This document shows, piece by piece, positions 45,385-56,739 of a stretch of DNA of 64,000 nucleotides. The stretch lies in the IMG/VR virus record IMGVR_UViG_3300021957_000004, one strand, 5' to 3'. The position numbers and the translations under genes are program-made. The notes beneath the pieces are model-generated. The model did no database searches and had not been told where the DNA came from. It saw only the letters and a program-made list of their open reading frames with translations. Source of the stretch: a virus. Each line of letters opens with the position of its first letter. The stretch's first letter is position 1.

Positions 45385-47232
45385 ATGGCAAGTAATTTAA
45401 AAGTCACCGAACTAGATTTTGATCAGATCAAAACTAATCTAAAAAACTTCCTAAAAACACAATCAGAGTTTACTGATTATGATTTTGATGGATCAGGCAT
45501 GAGTGTATTACTAGATGTTCTAGCATATAATACACATTACAATGCAATGAATGCTCACTTCTCTTTGAATGAAGCATTCTTAGATTCCGCACAAATAAGA
45601 GGAAACGTTGTAACAAGAGCAAAACTATTAGGTTATGTTCCTCGTTCTATTCTATCACCAAGAGCTACTGTTACTTTTGTAGTTAATGTAAATGGAGTAG
45701 ATGGAACTATCCCAACTACGCTTACGTTAAAAAGAGGAACTAAATTAAATACCTTAGTAGATGGTGAAGAGTTTCAGTACGTTGTATTAGACAATCACAC
45801 AGCAACTATATCGGATAACATATTTACGTTTTCTAATATTATTATTGCAGAAGGTTCTTTTAAAACTTTAAAATATAGGGTTGATAACGATATAGAGAAT
45901 CAGAAATTTCAACTCTCAGACTCAGATGCAGATACTTCTACGTTAAGAGTTAGAGTACAAGACAACGAAGAAAGCTCAGCCTTTGATATATACACAAAAT
46001 TCGAATCATTAAAATCAGTTGATTCAACAACAAAGACTTATTACTTACAAGAAAATTCAAATGAATATTTTGAAATATATTTTGGTGATGGAGTAACGGG
46101 TTATAAACCTATTAATAATAACATCGTAACTTTGGATTACATTTATACAAATGGAAAAGATTCTAACGGCGCTAATACATTTTTTAAAGTAGATAATATT
46201 GAGGGTTTTGAGAATATAACTATTACAACAATCGTAAAAGCAGCAGGTGGTGTTGATGCAGAAACAACAGAAAGTATTCGATTCAATGCACCATTAACAT
46301 TTACTTCCCAAAACAGAGCGGTTACATCGGACGATTATTCTGCTATTATTAAAAAATCATTTACTAATATCGATTCTATTTCTACTTGGGGTGGTGAAGA
46401 CAATGATCCACCTGATTACGGTAAAGCTTATATAGCTATTAAACCTCTTACATCTACTATATTAACTACAGCAGAAAAGAATGAAATCAAAGATACAATT
46501 TTAAAAGGAAAGAACGTAGTTAGTATTACGCCAGAGATTTTAGATCCTAACTTTACTTATTTAGAATTAGATGTATTTTTTAAATATAATCCTAACCTTA
46601 CAGATAGATCTAGTTCGGACTTACAATCCGTTGTAAGAGATACAATAAGCGATTACAACTTTAATAACTTAAATAAATTCGATGGTGTGTTTAGGCATTC
46701 CCAATTATTAAAGAACATTGATAACGCAGATCCATCAATTCAAAACAGTACTGTTAGACCTCGTATGTTTCAAAACATACCAGCAACAACTAACATAACT
46801 ACGAATAACTTTTCATTAACGTTTACTTCGCCTTTTTATCAATCAGGAGAATCAACCAAGCATATTATATCTTCTACTGCATTTACTATTAATGGTGAAG
46901 ATCATTACTTTGGTGATGAACCTATTACAGGATCAACAAGCAGAAAGGTTATAGTATATAAGGTTGTATCAGGTTCAAACGTAATTGTTATTTCAGACGC
47001 AGGAATAGTTAACGTAGACAGTGGAACAATTACATTAAATAGTTTTGCACCAGCTACTAATACAACTATTCGAATAACAGTTATACCAAACTCATTAGAC
47101 TTAGCGCCAAAAAGAGATCAATTACTTTCTATTGAAAACACAAGAGTAACAATTACTCCTGAAGTTGATACGATATCAGTAAGTGGATCCGCTGGTTCTA
47201 TTCGATACACAACTACCCCAAGACTTAAATAA
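45385..47232 (+). CDS. gp6: Baseplate wedge gp6
   Basis: LDFDQIK.NL, DYDFDGSG, LAYNTHY, FLDSA, QNRAVT..DY, WGGED. Confidence 0.95.
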   Translation: MASNLKVTELDFDQIKTNLKNFLKTQSEFTDYDFDGSGMSVLLDVLAYNTHYNAMNAHFSLNEAFLDSAQIRGNVVTRAKLLGYVPRSILSPRATVTFVVNVNGVDGTIPTTLTLKRGTKLNTLVDGEEFQYVVLDNHTATISDNIFTFSNIIIAEGSFKTLKYRVDNDIENQKFQLSDSDADTSTLRVRVQDNEESSAFDIYTKFESLKSVDSTTKTYYLQENSNEYFEIYFGDGVTGYKPINNNIVTLDYIYTNGKDSNGANTFFKVDNIEGFENITITTIVKAAGGVDAETTESIRFNAPLTFTSQNRAVTSDDYSAIIKKSFTNIDSISTWGGEDNDPPDYGKAYIAIKPLTSTILTTAEKNEIKDTILKGKNVVSITPEILDPNFTYLELDVFFKYNPNLTDRSSSDLQSVVRDTISDYNFNNLNKFDGVFRHSQLLKNIDNADPSIQNSTVRPRMFQNIPATTNITTNNFSLTFTSPFYQSGESTKHIISSTAFTINGEDHYFGDEPITGSTSRKVIVYKVVSGSNVIVISDAGIVNVDSGTITLNSFAPATNTTIRITVIPNSLDLAPKRDQLLSIENTRVTITPEVDTISVSGSAGSIRYTTTPRLK

Positions 47233-49610
47233 TGTCACACGATAAAGAATATAGCTCACCAGGATACGTAGAAACCGTAGTGTCTTCTAAGAAGAAAACA
47301 AAAGAGCATATTAATTATAAACAATTAGTTCCATCAGAGATATTACAAAACTCCTCTAGGATGGAATCTTTGATGAAGTCATATTATACCTTTATGAATT
47401 TAGAGGAGTTTATATATTCACAAACTAAAACATTTACAGATGTTGTGCTAGATGATAAAGCAGTATTTAGAATATTGGATCCAAAAAACGAGAATGATGA
47501 ATTCTTTACAGATGAAACAGGTGCTGAATCTACATTAGTTATAACTGATACCGATGGAACAACTACCCCAATCTCTTTAGATCCACAAAACGTAGCAATT
47601 ACAAATGGTAATGAATTACCTGGAACCTTAGCTATAGAAACATCTGAAATTGGTAAAACATATACTGTTACTGGTTTATCAACACATAATTCTAAAACAG
47701 CAACATTAACTACAGTGATTAAAAACTGGGTTGGACCAGGACCTTCGAACGTAATGAATACAATCGAAGAAGCTATGGATATAGATGGCAATGCTTCTAA
47801 CTATTTAGAGTTTATGCAAAAAGAAATAGCATCAGCTATTCCAAGAGACGTAACAGTTAACAAAAGAAATTTATATAAGAATATAATTGATTTTTATAAA
47901 GTAAGGGGATCAAGTGATAGTATAGAAATATTCTTTAGATTATTATTTAATGAAGTGGTAGAAGTAGAAAGACCTTACGATAAAACATTAATACCTTCAA
48001 GTGGTAACTGGGATTCAGGATCAAATGCATTCTTGGATAACAAAGGATTTTTATCAGATAGAATAAGAATACAAGATAGTTTAAGATATCAAAAGTTTAG
48101 TTATTTAATTAAAACTGGTAAAAATATTTCTGATTGGTCAGATGCTTTTACAAGATTAGTTCATCCAGCAGGTTTTAAATTCTTTGGCGAGATTTTATTG
48201 CTATTAAACTTTGTTAATATAGGTACGGTAAACAATAAAAAAATGATGAGTACTCTGGCCAGATTATTTTCTGCAATGCCAGGTATACAACCAGGTGTAA
48301 TTGGGGTTGAAGATTTACCAGTATTAGTGGAAATGTTTGCATCTGCTTTCTTACCACAGGTCACAGCGAATATTCACCAAAGTGCTACACTTTCTACCTC
48401 ATTAAAGAATGGGGTAATTACCGGATCATCTATTACTAATGGTGGTACTGGATATATAGTAAATCCAACACTGACATTCTCTGATGGCTCTAGTGGAAAA
48501 ACAATTCCTGTAGGTGCCGCGGCGGGGACAGATGGTTTTGGTACCGTAAATTCTATTGGATTAGGTGATGGTGGAAGAGATTTCCAAGCACCAACTGCAA
48601 CATTTTCTGCACCAGAACAACATGTATTTAATGGATCAAGTTCATCTATAGTGAGTACATCAGCTAACACTATAACATTAACTGCTCCACAAGCAGCAGT
48701 ATTCCAGGCAAATGATCAACTAACATATACAGCTGATGTTGGTGCAATACCAGGTTTAGTATCTGGAACAGCTTATTTTGTTAAAACTAAAGTGGGTAAT
48801 GCTATAACCTTATCCGCAACAGTAGGTGGAGCAGTAATTAGTCTAACAGGGGTAGGAAGTGGAGCAGTTCACAAATTCCAAGGTGTAACAGCTACAGCAA
48901 CATTTGTAAAAACAGATGGTTTACTTGATGTTGTAACGATAGATCAACCTGGATTTGGATATTCATCTGCACCGACTGTTGGACTCAATGGTACTGGTAC
49001 TAATATGAATAATCCAGTTGTGACACTTACTATTGATTCTAAGGGAAGAGTCAATGGTGTAACTATTTCAGATAGGGGTTCTGGTTTCAACACTATATTC
49101 TTAACCCCAACAGGTAATACAAACGTAGGTAAAATAGCTGCTATAAATATAATTGAAGGCGAACCTAAAAATTATAGAGTTGCTCCTACGTTAATAATTG
49201 ATCCTCCGACTGCTAAAGATGCAGATGGAGAATTATCAGGAACAAATGTACAGGCAGTAGCTACATTACCTTTAGATGGTAATGGAAACTTAACTGGCTC
49301 AGCAGCAATATCTAATTTTGGTAATGGTTATATATCAGAACCCCAAATTAGATTAGGAAGTCAAGTACATAACGAAATTCGTGCTAAGGATGTACAAGAT
49401 ATATTAATACTATATCTAAACCATAAGGAAGATCGTAGTGAAACACTTGATGAAACACATCTATTTGATCTAAAAGCCCCGTTTGATACAACGGCAAGGT
49501 TATACGATCAAAATGGAACTTTAGAACATTTTGGGTCCACAGAGATCCAAAACATGAATACAACTAGTATAAATAGATATAACGTGAACAGTTTTGTTCA
49601 TACAGATTAG
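47232..49610 (+). CDS. Baseplate wedge gp7-like
   Basis: FYKVRGS..SI..FFRLLF, IQDS..YQKFSY, VHPAGFKFFGE; G.GY...PT repeats. Confidence 0.7.
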   Translation: MSHDKEYSSPGYVETVVSSKKKTKEHINYKQLVPSEILQNSSRMESLMKSYYTFMNLEEFIYSQTKTFTDVVLDDKAVFRILDPKNENDEFFTDETGAESTLVITDTDGTTTPISLDPQNVAITNGNELPGTLAIETSEIGKTYTVTGLSTHNSKTATLTTVIKNWVGPGPSNVMNTIEEAMDIDGNASNYLEFMQKEIASAIPRDVTVNKRNLYKNIIDFYKVRGSSDSIEIFFRLLFNEVVEVERPYDKTLIPSSGNWDSGSNAFLDNKGFLSDRIRIQDSLRYQKFSYLIKTGKNISDWSDAFTRLVHPAGFKFFGEILLLLNFVNIGTVNNKKMMSTLARLFSAMPGIQPGVIGVEDLPVLVEMFASAFLPQVTANIHQSATLSTSLKNGVITGSSITNGGTGYIVNPTLTFSDGSSGKTIPVGAAAGTDGFGTVNSIGLGDGGRDFQAPTATFSAPEQHVFNGSSSSIVSTSANTITLTAPQAAVFQANDQLTYTADVGAIPGLVSGTAYFVKTKVGNAITLSATVGGAVISLTGVGSGAVHKFQGVTATATFVKTDGLLDVVTIDQPGFGYSSAPTVGLNGTGTNMNNPVVTLTIDSKGRVNGVTISDRGSGFNTIFLTPTGNTNVGKIAAINIIEGEPKNYRVAPTLIIDPPTAKDADGELSGTNVQAVATLPLDGNGNLTGSAAISNFGNGYISEPQIRLGSQVHNEIRAKDVQDILILYLNHKEDRSETLDETHLFDLKAPFDTTARLYDQNGTLEHFGSTEIQNMNTTSINRYNVNSFVHTD

Positions 49611-49621
49611 AGGAAACGAAA

Positions 49622-51211
49622 ATGACAGCAATAGTCACATCAAAATTCAGAACAGTTAACGCTGAGAATTTTAAGGAAGATATCGGAGCAAATAGCGTAT
49701 ATGTAGCTATTGGTAAACCAGATGTCTGGTCTTTTACAACATCAGATACAACTGATACAACCCCATTTACCCCAAATGATCATAGTGATGACATTGGTGA
49801 AGCAAGAGCAAACCTTATGGCTATGCAAAAAGTTTCGTCAACAGACGTTACTCATGTCGTACCAAGATACACATGGGCTACTGGATCAGTGTATTATGCA
49901 TGGGATTCTAACGATGGAGCAATATTTGATAAAAAATTCTATGTAATTACATCAGAGTTTAAAGTTTATAAATGTATCATTGCACCAGCAACAGCATCTA
50001 CTGTTCAACCAACACAAACATTAACTGCACCAACACCAGAATCAGATGGTTATACATGGAAATATATGTATACCTTAACTGTTGCAGATTCAGAAAAATT
50101 CCTAACCACTTCATACCTACCAGTTAAGACCGTTTCCCTTGGTGGACAAGGTACAGTATTAGGAGCAGTTTCTTCAAGCGCGACTGTTATACTATCAGAA
50201 ATTAATTCAAAAATACATACTGGAATGACAGTATCGGGTACAGGAATCTCTGGAACACCAACAGTTCTATCTATTGCAGGTTCAGTACTCACTTTATCAG
50301 CAGCACAATCTATATCAAATGCAGTTATTTTAACTTTTGCATATGCTACCGATGGAGCAGCAGAATTAGCTTTATCAGAAGGAGATTATGCACAATATCT
50401 TAACCAAAAGGCTTCAAGAGACGTTGCAAATGCAGCTGGTATCGAGAGAATAGAAATTAGTAATGGCGGTGGAGATTACTCTGCAAAACCTACTGTAACT
50501 ATTACAGGTGACGGAACAGGCGCAACAGTATCTGCCGGTAATATTACAATGAGTGGTTCTGGTTCAACACAAAGTGTTGCTAGTATTACTTTAAACAATA
50601 AAGGTAATGATTATACTTTTGCAGATATTTCTTTCTCAACAGGTTCAGCATCAGCTAATGCTACAATCGCACCACCAACAGGGCATGGAACAGATCCAGT
50701 ATCAGAATTAGGTGGATTCTTCGTAGGTATTAATACACAACTATCCGGCACAGGCGGAGCAGGTGCAGACTTAACTGTTGGTAATGACTTTAGACAAATA
50801 TCTTTAATTAAAAACCCAACTAATTATGGAACAACAACTATATCAACAGCTTCTACATTAAAAGCTATGAGCTATTTAGATTTTGCCGATGGCGTAACAG
50901 TAGCTAATTACACAGTGGATGAATTACTAGTTGGTGGAACATCAGGAGCTCAGGCTTACGTAGTTTCTATAGATAGTGGGACTGGATTTATTTACTACAC
51001 ACAAAATAGTAAAACCGGATATGGGAATTTTGCAAATGGCGAAACAGTTACTGGACAAACCTCTTCTACAGCAGGAGCATTACACACGAGTGCAAATGGT
51101 AATCCAGAAGTTAATCGTAGTTCAGGTGAAATGTTATTCCTAGAAAACAGAAATCCTATTAATAGAACAACTACACAGATTGAAGATATAAAAGTAATTA
51201 TAGAATTCTAA
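49622..51211 (+). CDS. gp8: Baseplate wedge gp8-like
   Basis: M.AIVT.KFR..NA, VPRY.W, VYKC, DGYTWKYMY, ENR.PI.R...QIEDIKVIIEF; TATAAATA at 49568. Confidence 0.85.
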   Translation: MTAIVTSKFRTVNAENFKEDIGANSVYVAIGKPDVWSFTTSDTTDTTPFTPNDHSDDIGEARANLMAMQKVSSTDVTHVVPRYTWATGSVYYAWDSNDGAIFDKKFYVITSEFKVYKCIIAPATASTVQPTQTLTAPTPESDGYTWKYMYTLTVADSEKFLTTSYLPVKTVSLGGQGTVLGAVSSSATVILSEINSKIHTGMTVSGTGISGTPTVLSIAGSVLTLSAAQSISNAVILTFAYATDGAAELALSEGDYAQYLNQKASRDVANAAGIERIEISNGGGDYSAKPTVTITGDGTGATVSAGNITMSGSGSTQSVASITLNNKGNDYTFADISFSTGSASANATIAPPTGHGTDPVSELGGFFVGINTQLSGTGGAGADLTVGNDFRQISLIKNPTNYGTTTISTASTLKAMSYLDFADGVTVANYTVDELLVGGTSGAQAYVVSIDSGTGFIYYTQNSKTGYGNFANGETVTGQTSSTAGALHTSANGNPEVNRSSGEMLFLENRNPINRTTTQIEDIKVIIEF

Positions 51212-51238
51212 TATAAATATTAGAAACAGGTAAAAAAT

Positions 51239-54200
51239 ATGGCAACAAGCAAAGTTAAAAACTATAACATCCCACCATACTACGATGATTTTGATGAAAC
51301 AAAAAATTATCATAGGATCTTATTTAGACCAGGATATGCAGTACAAGCAAGAGAATTAACACAATTACAAACTGCTTTGCAATCTCAGATAGATCGATAT
51401 GGTCAGTATGCATTTAAAGATGGTTCAAGGGTATTGGATGGTAAGGTTACAGTTAATACTAAGTATGACTTTATTAAACTTAAATCTTCTTTTGATCACA
51501 GCGTTGGAGGATCATTAAATACAGATACTTACTTATCAGACTTTTTAGGATCAACTATTACTGGTTATGCTAATGGTACAAACAAAGTTACCGCAAAGGT
51601 AATAGGATTTGAAACTAAAACAGATGCTTCTAATCCAAACACTTTATATATTTCATATGAAAGTAAAGGTGGAAATGATAGAGACGTTGGTACGTTCGTA
51701 GGTGATGAAGAAATTATTTCGGATGCAAATACAGTTTCAGGTAATGTTCGATACGGTGAATTAGTTGCTAATAGTGGCACACCAACAGGATATGGTTCAG
51801 CTGTTAACGTAGAGCAAGGCGTATACTTTATTGCAGGTACATTTGTTTATGTAGAAGCACAATCTTTAATTTTAGATAAGTATACAAATACCCCAAGTTA
51901 TATTGTTGGTTTATCAGTCACAGAGAATTTAGTTTCTTCTGATACTTCTGGCCATTCAGCATTGGTTGATAATGCTGCAGGTACTCCTAACTTTGCAGCT
52001 CCAGGCGCAAATAGATATCAGATCTCCACATCTTTAGTAAAAGAACCTTTAGCAATTGCTTCTAGATCAACAGGAAATTATATTCCATTGGTCACAGTGG
52101 AATTAGGAAAAGTCCAATTCGATAAAACAGATAAGAATAATGACACTGCCCTTACTCGTAGATTAGCAAGACGTACTTTTGAAGAGTCTGGAAATTACGC
52201 AGTACAACCTTTTGAATTAAACATTAGAGAATATTTAAATGATGGTTCAAATAAAGGATATAAAACAAATACACAAATCGTAGCAGACGGAGATGCAGGA
52301 AGTAATTCAGCTGGTACAACATTTGGTTCTTCTAGATTAGCAGTTGGTGTAGAACCATCAGTAGCTTACGTGAAAGGATTCAGGAATGAAAACCTTGCAA
52401 CTAAATATGTTAAAGTAGAAAAGCCAAGAGGAGCAGATGCTACTAATGATGTTAATAATGCTACAACACAAATTAGATTAGGAAATTATATTAGATTAAC
52501 TAATTCAACTATTTCTGGTATACCAGATATTAATAATTTCACGCCAATTACTTTACTGAATCAATCTGGTTCTAATATTGGAACTTGTCGTGCAAGAGGT
52601 ATGGAACAACCTATAATAGGTACAAGTGGATATACAGCATTATATATTTTTGATATTGCTATGACTGGCGGAGCTACATTTAATCAGGTAAGAGCAGTTT
52701 CACAAGCAGGTACACCAGCATTTTCAGCACATTTAATTAATAAGACTGGATCAGTTGGTCCATCTCCACAACCATCTGCAAATTCAGATGCATTAATATA
52801 TGATTCTGGTTTTAGTTCATTAGTATATAAATTACCATACGATGCAATAAAATCACTTAACACAGCAAGTGAAGATACTATCTTTAGATCAAAAGAATTG
52901 TTTACAGGAACTTCAGATGGATCAGGTAGTATAACATTCTCAGTATCGGGAACAAATACATTTGTTGATAGTGATGATAACTTAATTTTTGCAACAGGTG
53001 GAAACTTTGGACAACTAGCTAATTCCGGTGGAACGTATAACTATACTACATCGAACACAACTACACTTACAATTGGTGGACTTCCAACAAGTGCTGTTAT
53101 TAAAGTATTAGCAACAGTGCAAAGAAACGAAGCAGCTATTCCCAAGACAAGAGTACCCAATGCAACAAAGGCAGCTACAGTAAGTTCTGGTTATATTGGA
53201 TTAGCAAAAGCAGATATCATTCGAATAGTTTCTATCACAGATGGAAACAGCCTAGATGTTACAGAAAGATTTTCATTAGATAACGGCCAAAGAGATAATT
53301 ATTACGGAGTAGGTAAAGCAGTTCTTAAACCTAACTTCCCAACTCCAACCGGGACATGTACAGTCACATTTGATTATTATTCACACGGTGCAGGTAAATA
53401 TTTCTCAGTAGATTCTTATCCAGCATTAGATTATAGTACTATACCAACTTTTACGGGTATTAATGGGGAATTACAACTAAGAGATTGTATTGACTTTAGA
53501 CCAAGAAAAGATGATAACGATGCAAACTTTACTTCTTCTGGTTCAGCATTAACTGTTGCACCACATCCATCTTCTACATTGACTGCAGATATAACATACT
53601 ATATGTCACGTATCGATAAGCTATATGTAAACAGAGAAGGCGAATTCTTAATAGAAAAAGGTGTTCCATCAGATATTCCTAGTTCACCAGAAGTACCAGA
53701 TGATGCAATGGCATTATATGACTTACAACTTAAGCCATACGTATTTTCTTTATCAGATATAAAACCTAGAATTATTGATAACAAACGTTATACAATGAGA
53801 GATATAGGTGGATTAGATAAACGTATTAAAAATTTAGAATATTATACTTCATTATCTTTGCTAGAACAAAGTGCAGCTGATGCTCATATAGTAGATGCAG
53901 CTGGATTAAGCAGATTCAAAAATGGATTCTTAGTAGATTCATTCCGTGGACATCAAGTTGGTGATACTGCAAATAATGATTATCAGGTATCGATTGATAA
54001 GAATAATGGATTACTTAGACCTAAGTTTGATGAAAGAAGTGTTAACCTAATTAGAAAAAGCGGTGATTCAGGTTCAGTAGTAATTAGTTCTTCATTAGCT
54101 CATTTACCTATAGCATCGAATACAACTATTATCGAACAACCGTACGCGAGCTCGTACGTAAACGTAAACCCGTATAACGTATTTTCCTGGGATGGTGTAG

Positions 54201-56512
54201 TTAAACTTTCACCAGACTCAGATGAATGGAAAGAAGTTGATCAGCGTCCAGCTATTTTAATCGACGATACTTCTCAATATGATCAGTTTGTTAAAATGGC
54301 TGAGGAACAAGGTATATTAGGTACAGTTTGGAACGAATGGGAAACAAACTGGTCAGGCCAAGACATCCAAGAAACATTCCAAAGAGAACAAATTATTGGT
54401 GGTGGACCAAACGGGGAAAATATTAAAGAGACAACAACTACTACTACAACCACAACTTCTAATCAGTCAAGAACAGGATTAAGAAGAGACGTTAGTTTTG
54501 ATGTAGTTAAAAGAGAATCAGCTAGCAGAGTGGTAGAGGTTAACTTTATACCATTTATGAGATCAAGAGAGATATTCTTTTCAGCTCAAATGTTAAAACC
54601 AAATACTAAATTCTATGCATTCTTTGACGGATCAGATATTACAGCTTATTCTAAGCAAAAAGCCTTTGAAGAGTTTGCAGGTAGATCTAATATTGTAAAC
54701 CATAGAGATGCTACATCTCACCCTGATTCAAGTTCAGGCACATTGGTATCAGACGGTAATGGTGATCTTGATGGTTCAATTATTATACCAAACAACTCAG
54801 CATTACAATTTAAAACAGGTTCAAGAGAATTTAGATTAACAGATTCTCCTACCAATACAATTGCCACAGAAACTTCTTCAGCAGAAGCACAATATCAGGC
54901 AAGAGGATTATTAGAATCTAAACAATCAACTATTACTTCTACAAAGGTTCCACAGTTATCAACACAGGAATTAAACGACGGAAGATCAATTGTAGAAACA
55001 GAAGTTTCAGAAACAGTAGAATGGATTGATCCAATTGCAGAATCAATATTAATAACAGAACCAGGTGGGACATTTGCAACAAGCGTAGATATATTCTTCC
55101 AGAGTAGAAATGCTGAAAACATTCCAGTTAGATTAACAATCAGAGAAATGGAAAATGGTTCACCAACGCAAAGAATTGTACCAGGAGCAGATAAAGTATT
55201 AGCACCAGGTTCAGTTAATATATCAGCAACAGCAGCTTCAGCAACAAACTTTGTATTTGATCATCCAGTATTTTTAGAACAAGATCACGAATATGCAATC
55301 GTACTTACTTCTCAGTGTGATGATTATAATGTTTGGATTGCAGAAATGGGTAAATTTGATGTTGCAAATCAATCATTCAGAATTACTAAACAACCATATA
55401 ACGGTGTATTCTTTAGTTCAGCTAATGCTTCCACTTGGACTGCAGAGCAAGCTAAAGATCTTAAGTTTAAATTAAACTCAGCGGTATTCCAGACATCAGG
55501 CGAAATAACATTAGTAAATGATATATTACCTGTTAGAACTTTACCATCTAACCCATTTACAACTGCATCCGGTGATGCTACAGTGACTGTAAATCATCCT
55601 AACCATGGTTTACCTAATAATAGTTCTAAGGTAACGTTTGATAATACAGATAATGTTAACGGGCTTACAGGAGCTAGTCACATTGATGGACAACGAACTG
55701 TTACAGTAGTAGATCACGATTCTTATACGTTTGAAGCTGGAACAACAGCAAATGCAACTGGTTCAGGTGGTGGTACATCTGTAACCGCTACAGAAAACAG
55801 ACACATTGATGTTATGAATAACTACATACAGAATTTAACTTTACCGAATACACAACTAAGGTTACATGCTACAACATATAGCGGTAAATCTATAAGTGGA
55901 ACAGAAACGCCTTATCAAGCACAACCAGAGTTTGAAATATTACCGAATTCAAATGTTATATTTGCAGTTCCAAGGTTAATAGCTAATGCTGATAATGAAT
56001 CACAACAAGGTAATAATAAAGGTTATGCATTAAGATGTTCAATGAGCACAACTAAGACTAACTTAACTCCTCTTATTGATTTAAATAGAGCTTCAGTAGT
56101 TACAGTACAAAATAGAATCAACTCAGGATCAGCAACAGAAACTGCAGCATCAGGCGGAAATAACCTTGCAAGATATATTACTAAAACAGTAGAACTGGCA
56201 GATGATGCAGATGTAATTACAGCTTTCCTAGCAGTAAATAGGCCTTCTGCTTCAAGCGTAGAATTATATTATAGAGTACTAACATCTGGTTCAGCTGCTT
56301 CAATGGTTGATACAACATGGGTATTAGCTACACCAACTGCTTCTATTTCTATTAACGATAACCCAGCGATATTTGAAGAAGTACAATATGATTTAGATCC
56401 ATTAGGAGCTAACGTAAGTTTTGGTTCAATGCAATTTAAGATTGTAATGAGATCAACAAATACTTCAACTGTTCCATCAATAAGAGACTTTAGAGCCATT
56501 GCGGCAACGTAG
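51239..56512 (+). CDS. Large virion structural protein (DUF4815/VrlC-like)
   Basis: PYYDDF...KNYHRILFRPGYAVQARELTQLQ, RRTFEESGNY, RIKNLEYYTSLSLLE, NPYNV; TATAAATA at 51212. Confidence 0.85.
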   Translation: MATSKVKNYNIPPYYDDFDETKNYHRILFRPGYAVQARELTQLQTALQSQIDRYGQYAFKDGSRVLDGKVTVNTKYDFIKLKSSFDHSVGGSLNTDTYLSDFLGSTITGYANGTNKVTAKVIGFETKTDASNPNTLYISYESKGGNDRDVGTFVGDEEIISDANTVSGNVRYGELVANSGTPTGYGSAVNVEQGVYFIAGTFVYVEAQSLILDKYTNTPSYIVGLSVTENLVSSDTSGHSALVDNAAGTPNFAAPGANRYQISTSLVKEPLAIASRSTGNYIPLVTVELGKVQFDKTDKNNDTALTRRLARRTFEESGNYAVQPFELNIREYLNDGSNKGYKTNTQIVADGDAGSNSAGTTFGSSRLAVGVEPSVAYVKGFRNENLATKYVKVEKPRGADATNDVNNATTQIRLGNYIRLTNSTISGIPDINNFTPITLLNQSGSNIGTCRARGMEQPIIGTSGYTALYIFDIAMTGGATFNQVRAVSQAGTPAFSAHLINKTGSVGPSPQPSANSDALIYDSGFSSLVYKLPYDAIKSLNTASEDTIFRSKELFTGTSDGSGSITFSVSGTNTFVDSDDNLIFATGGNFGQLANSGGTYNYTTSNTTTLTIGGLPTSAVIKVLATVQRNEAAIPKTRVPNATKAATVSSGYIGLAKADIIRIVSITDGNSLDVTERFSLDNGQRDNYYGVGKAVLKPNFPTPTGTCTVTFDYYSHGAGKYFSVDSYPALDYSTIPTFTGINGELQLRDCIDFRPRKDDNDANFTSSGSALTVAPHPSSTLTADITYYMSRIDKLYVNREGEFLIEKGVPSDIPSSPEVPDDAMALYDLQLKPYVFSLSDIKPRIIDNKRYTMRDIGGLDKRIKNLEYYTSLSLLEQSAADAHIVDAAGLSRFKNGFLVDSFRGHQVGDTANNDYQVSIDKNNGLLRPKFDERSVNLIRKSGDSGSVVISSSLAHLPIASNTTIIEQPYASSYVNVNPYNVFSWDGVVKLSPDSDEWKEVDQRPAILIDDTSQYDQFVKMAEEQGILGTVWNEWETNWSGQDIQETFQREQIIGGGPNGENIKETTTTTTTTTSNQSRTGLRRDVSFDVVKRESASRVVEVNFIPFMRSREIFFSAQMLKPNTKFYAFFDGSDITAYSKQKAFEEFAGRSNIVNHRDATSHPDSSSGTLVSDGNGDLDGSIIIPNNSALQFKTGSREFRLTDSPTNTIATETSSAEAQYQARGLLESKQSTITSTKVPQLSTQELNDGRSIVETEVSETVEWIDPIAESILITEPGGTFATSVDIFFQSRNAENIPVRLTIREMENGSPTQRIVPGADKVLAPGSVNISATAASATNFVFDHPVFLEQDHEYAIVLTSQCDDYNVWIAEMGKFDVANQSFRITKQPYNGVFFSSANASTWTAEQAKDLKFKLNSAVFQTSGEITLVNDILPVRTLPSNPFTTASGDATVTVNHPNHGLPNNSSKVTFDNTDNVNGLTGASHIDGQRTVTVVDHDSYTFEAGTTANATGSGGGTSVTATENRHIDVMNNYIQNLTLPNTQLRLHATTYSGKSISGTETPYQAQPEFEILPNSNVIFAVPRLIANADNESQQGNNKGYALRCSMSTTKTNLTPLIDLNRASVVTVQNRINSGSATETAASGGNNLARYITKTVELADDADVITAFLAVNRPSASSVELYYRVLTSGSAASMVDTTWVLATPTASISINDNPAIFEEVQYDLDPLGANVSFGSMQFKIVMRSTNTSTVPSIRDFRAIAAT

Positions 56513-56520
56513 GATACATT

Positions 56521-56739
56521 ATGCCAAGAAAGAAAAAAGAAAACCAAGTAGAAATAATTGATCAACCTGATCTAGTTAAAGATACTACTTCACAAGCAGT
56601 TATAAATAATAACACATCTGCTTTATTAAACCGAAGAGCACAAATGAATGCTTTAAGAGTTAAAGATCAAGAGTTAGATGATATTAAAAAAGACATCAAA
56701 GAATTACAAGCTTTGGTTAAAAAATTAGGTAAAGGATAA
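56521..56739 (+). CDS. Small conserved protein
   Basis: LVKD..SQAVIN followed by coiled coil. Confidence 0.65.
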   Translation: MPRKKKENQVEIIDQPDLVKDTTSQAVINNNTSALLNRRAQMNALRVKDQELDDIKKDIKELQALVKKLGKG

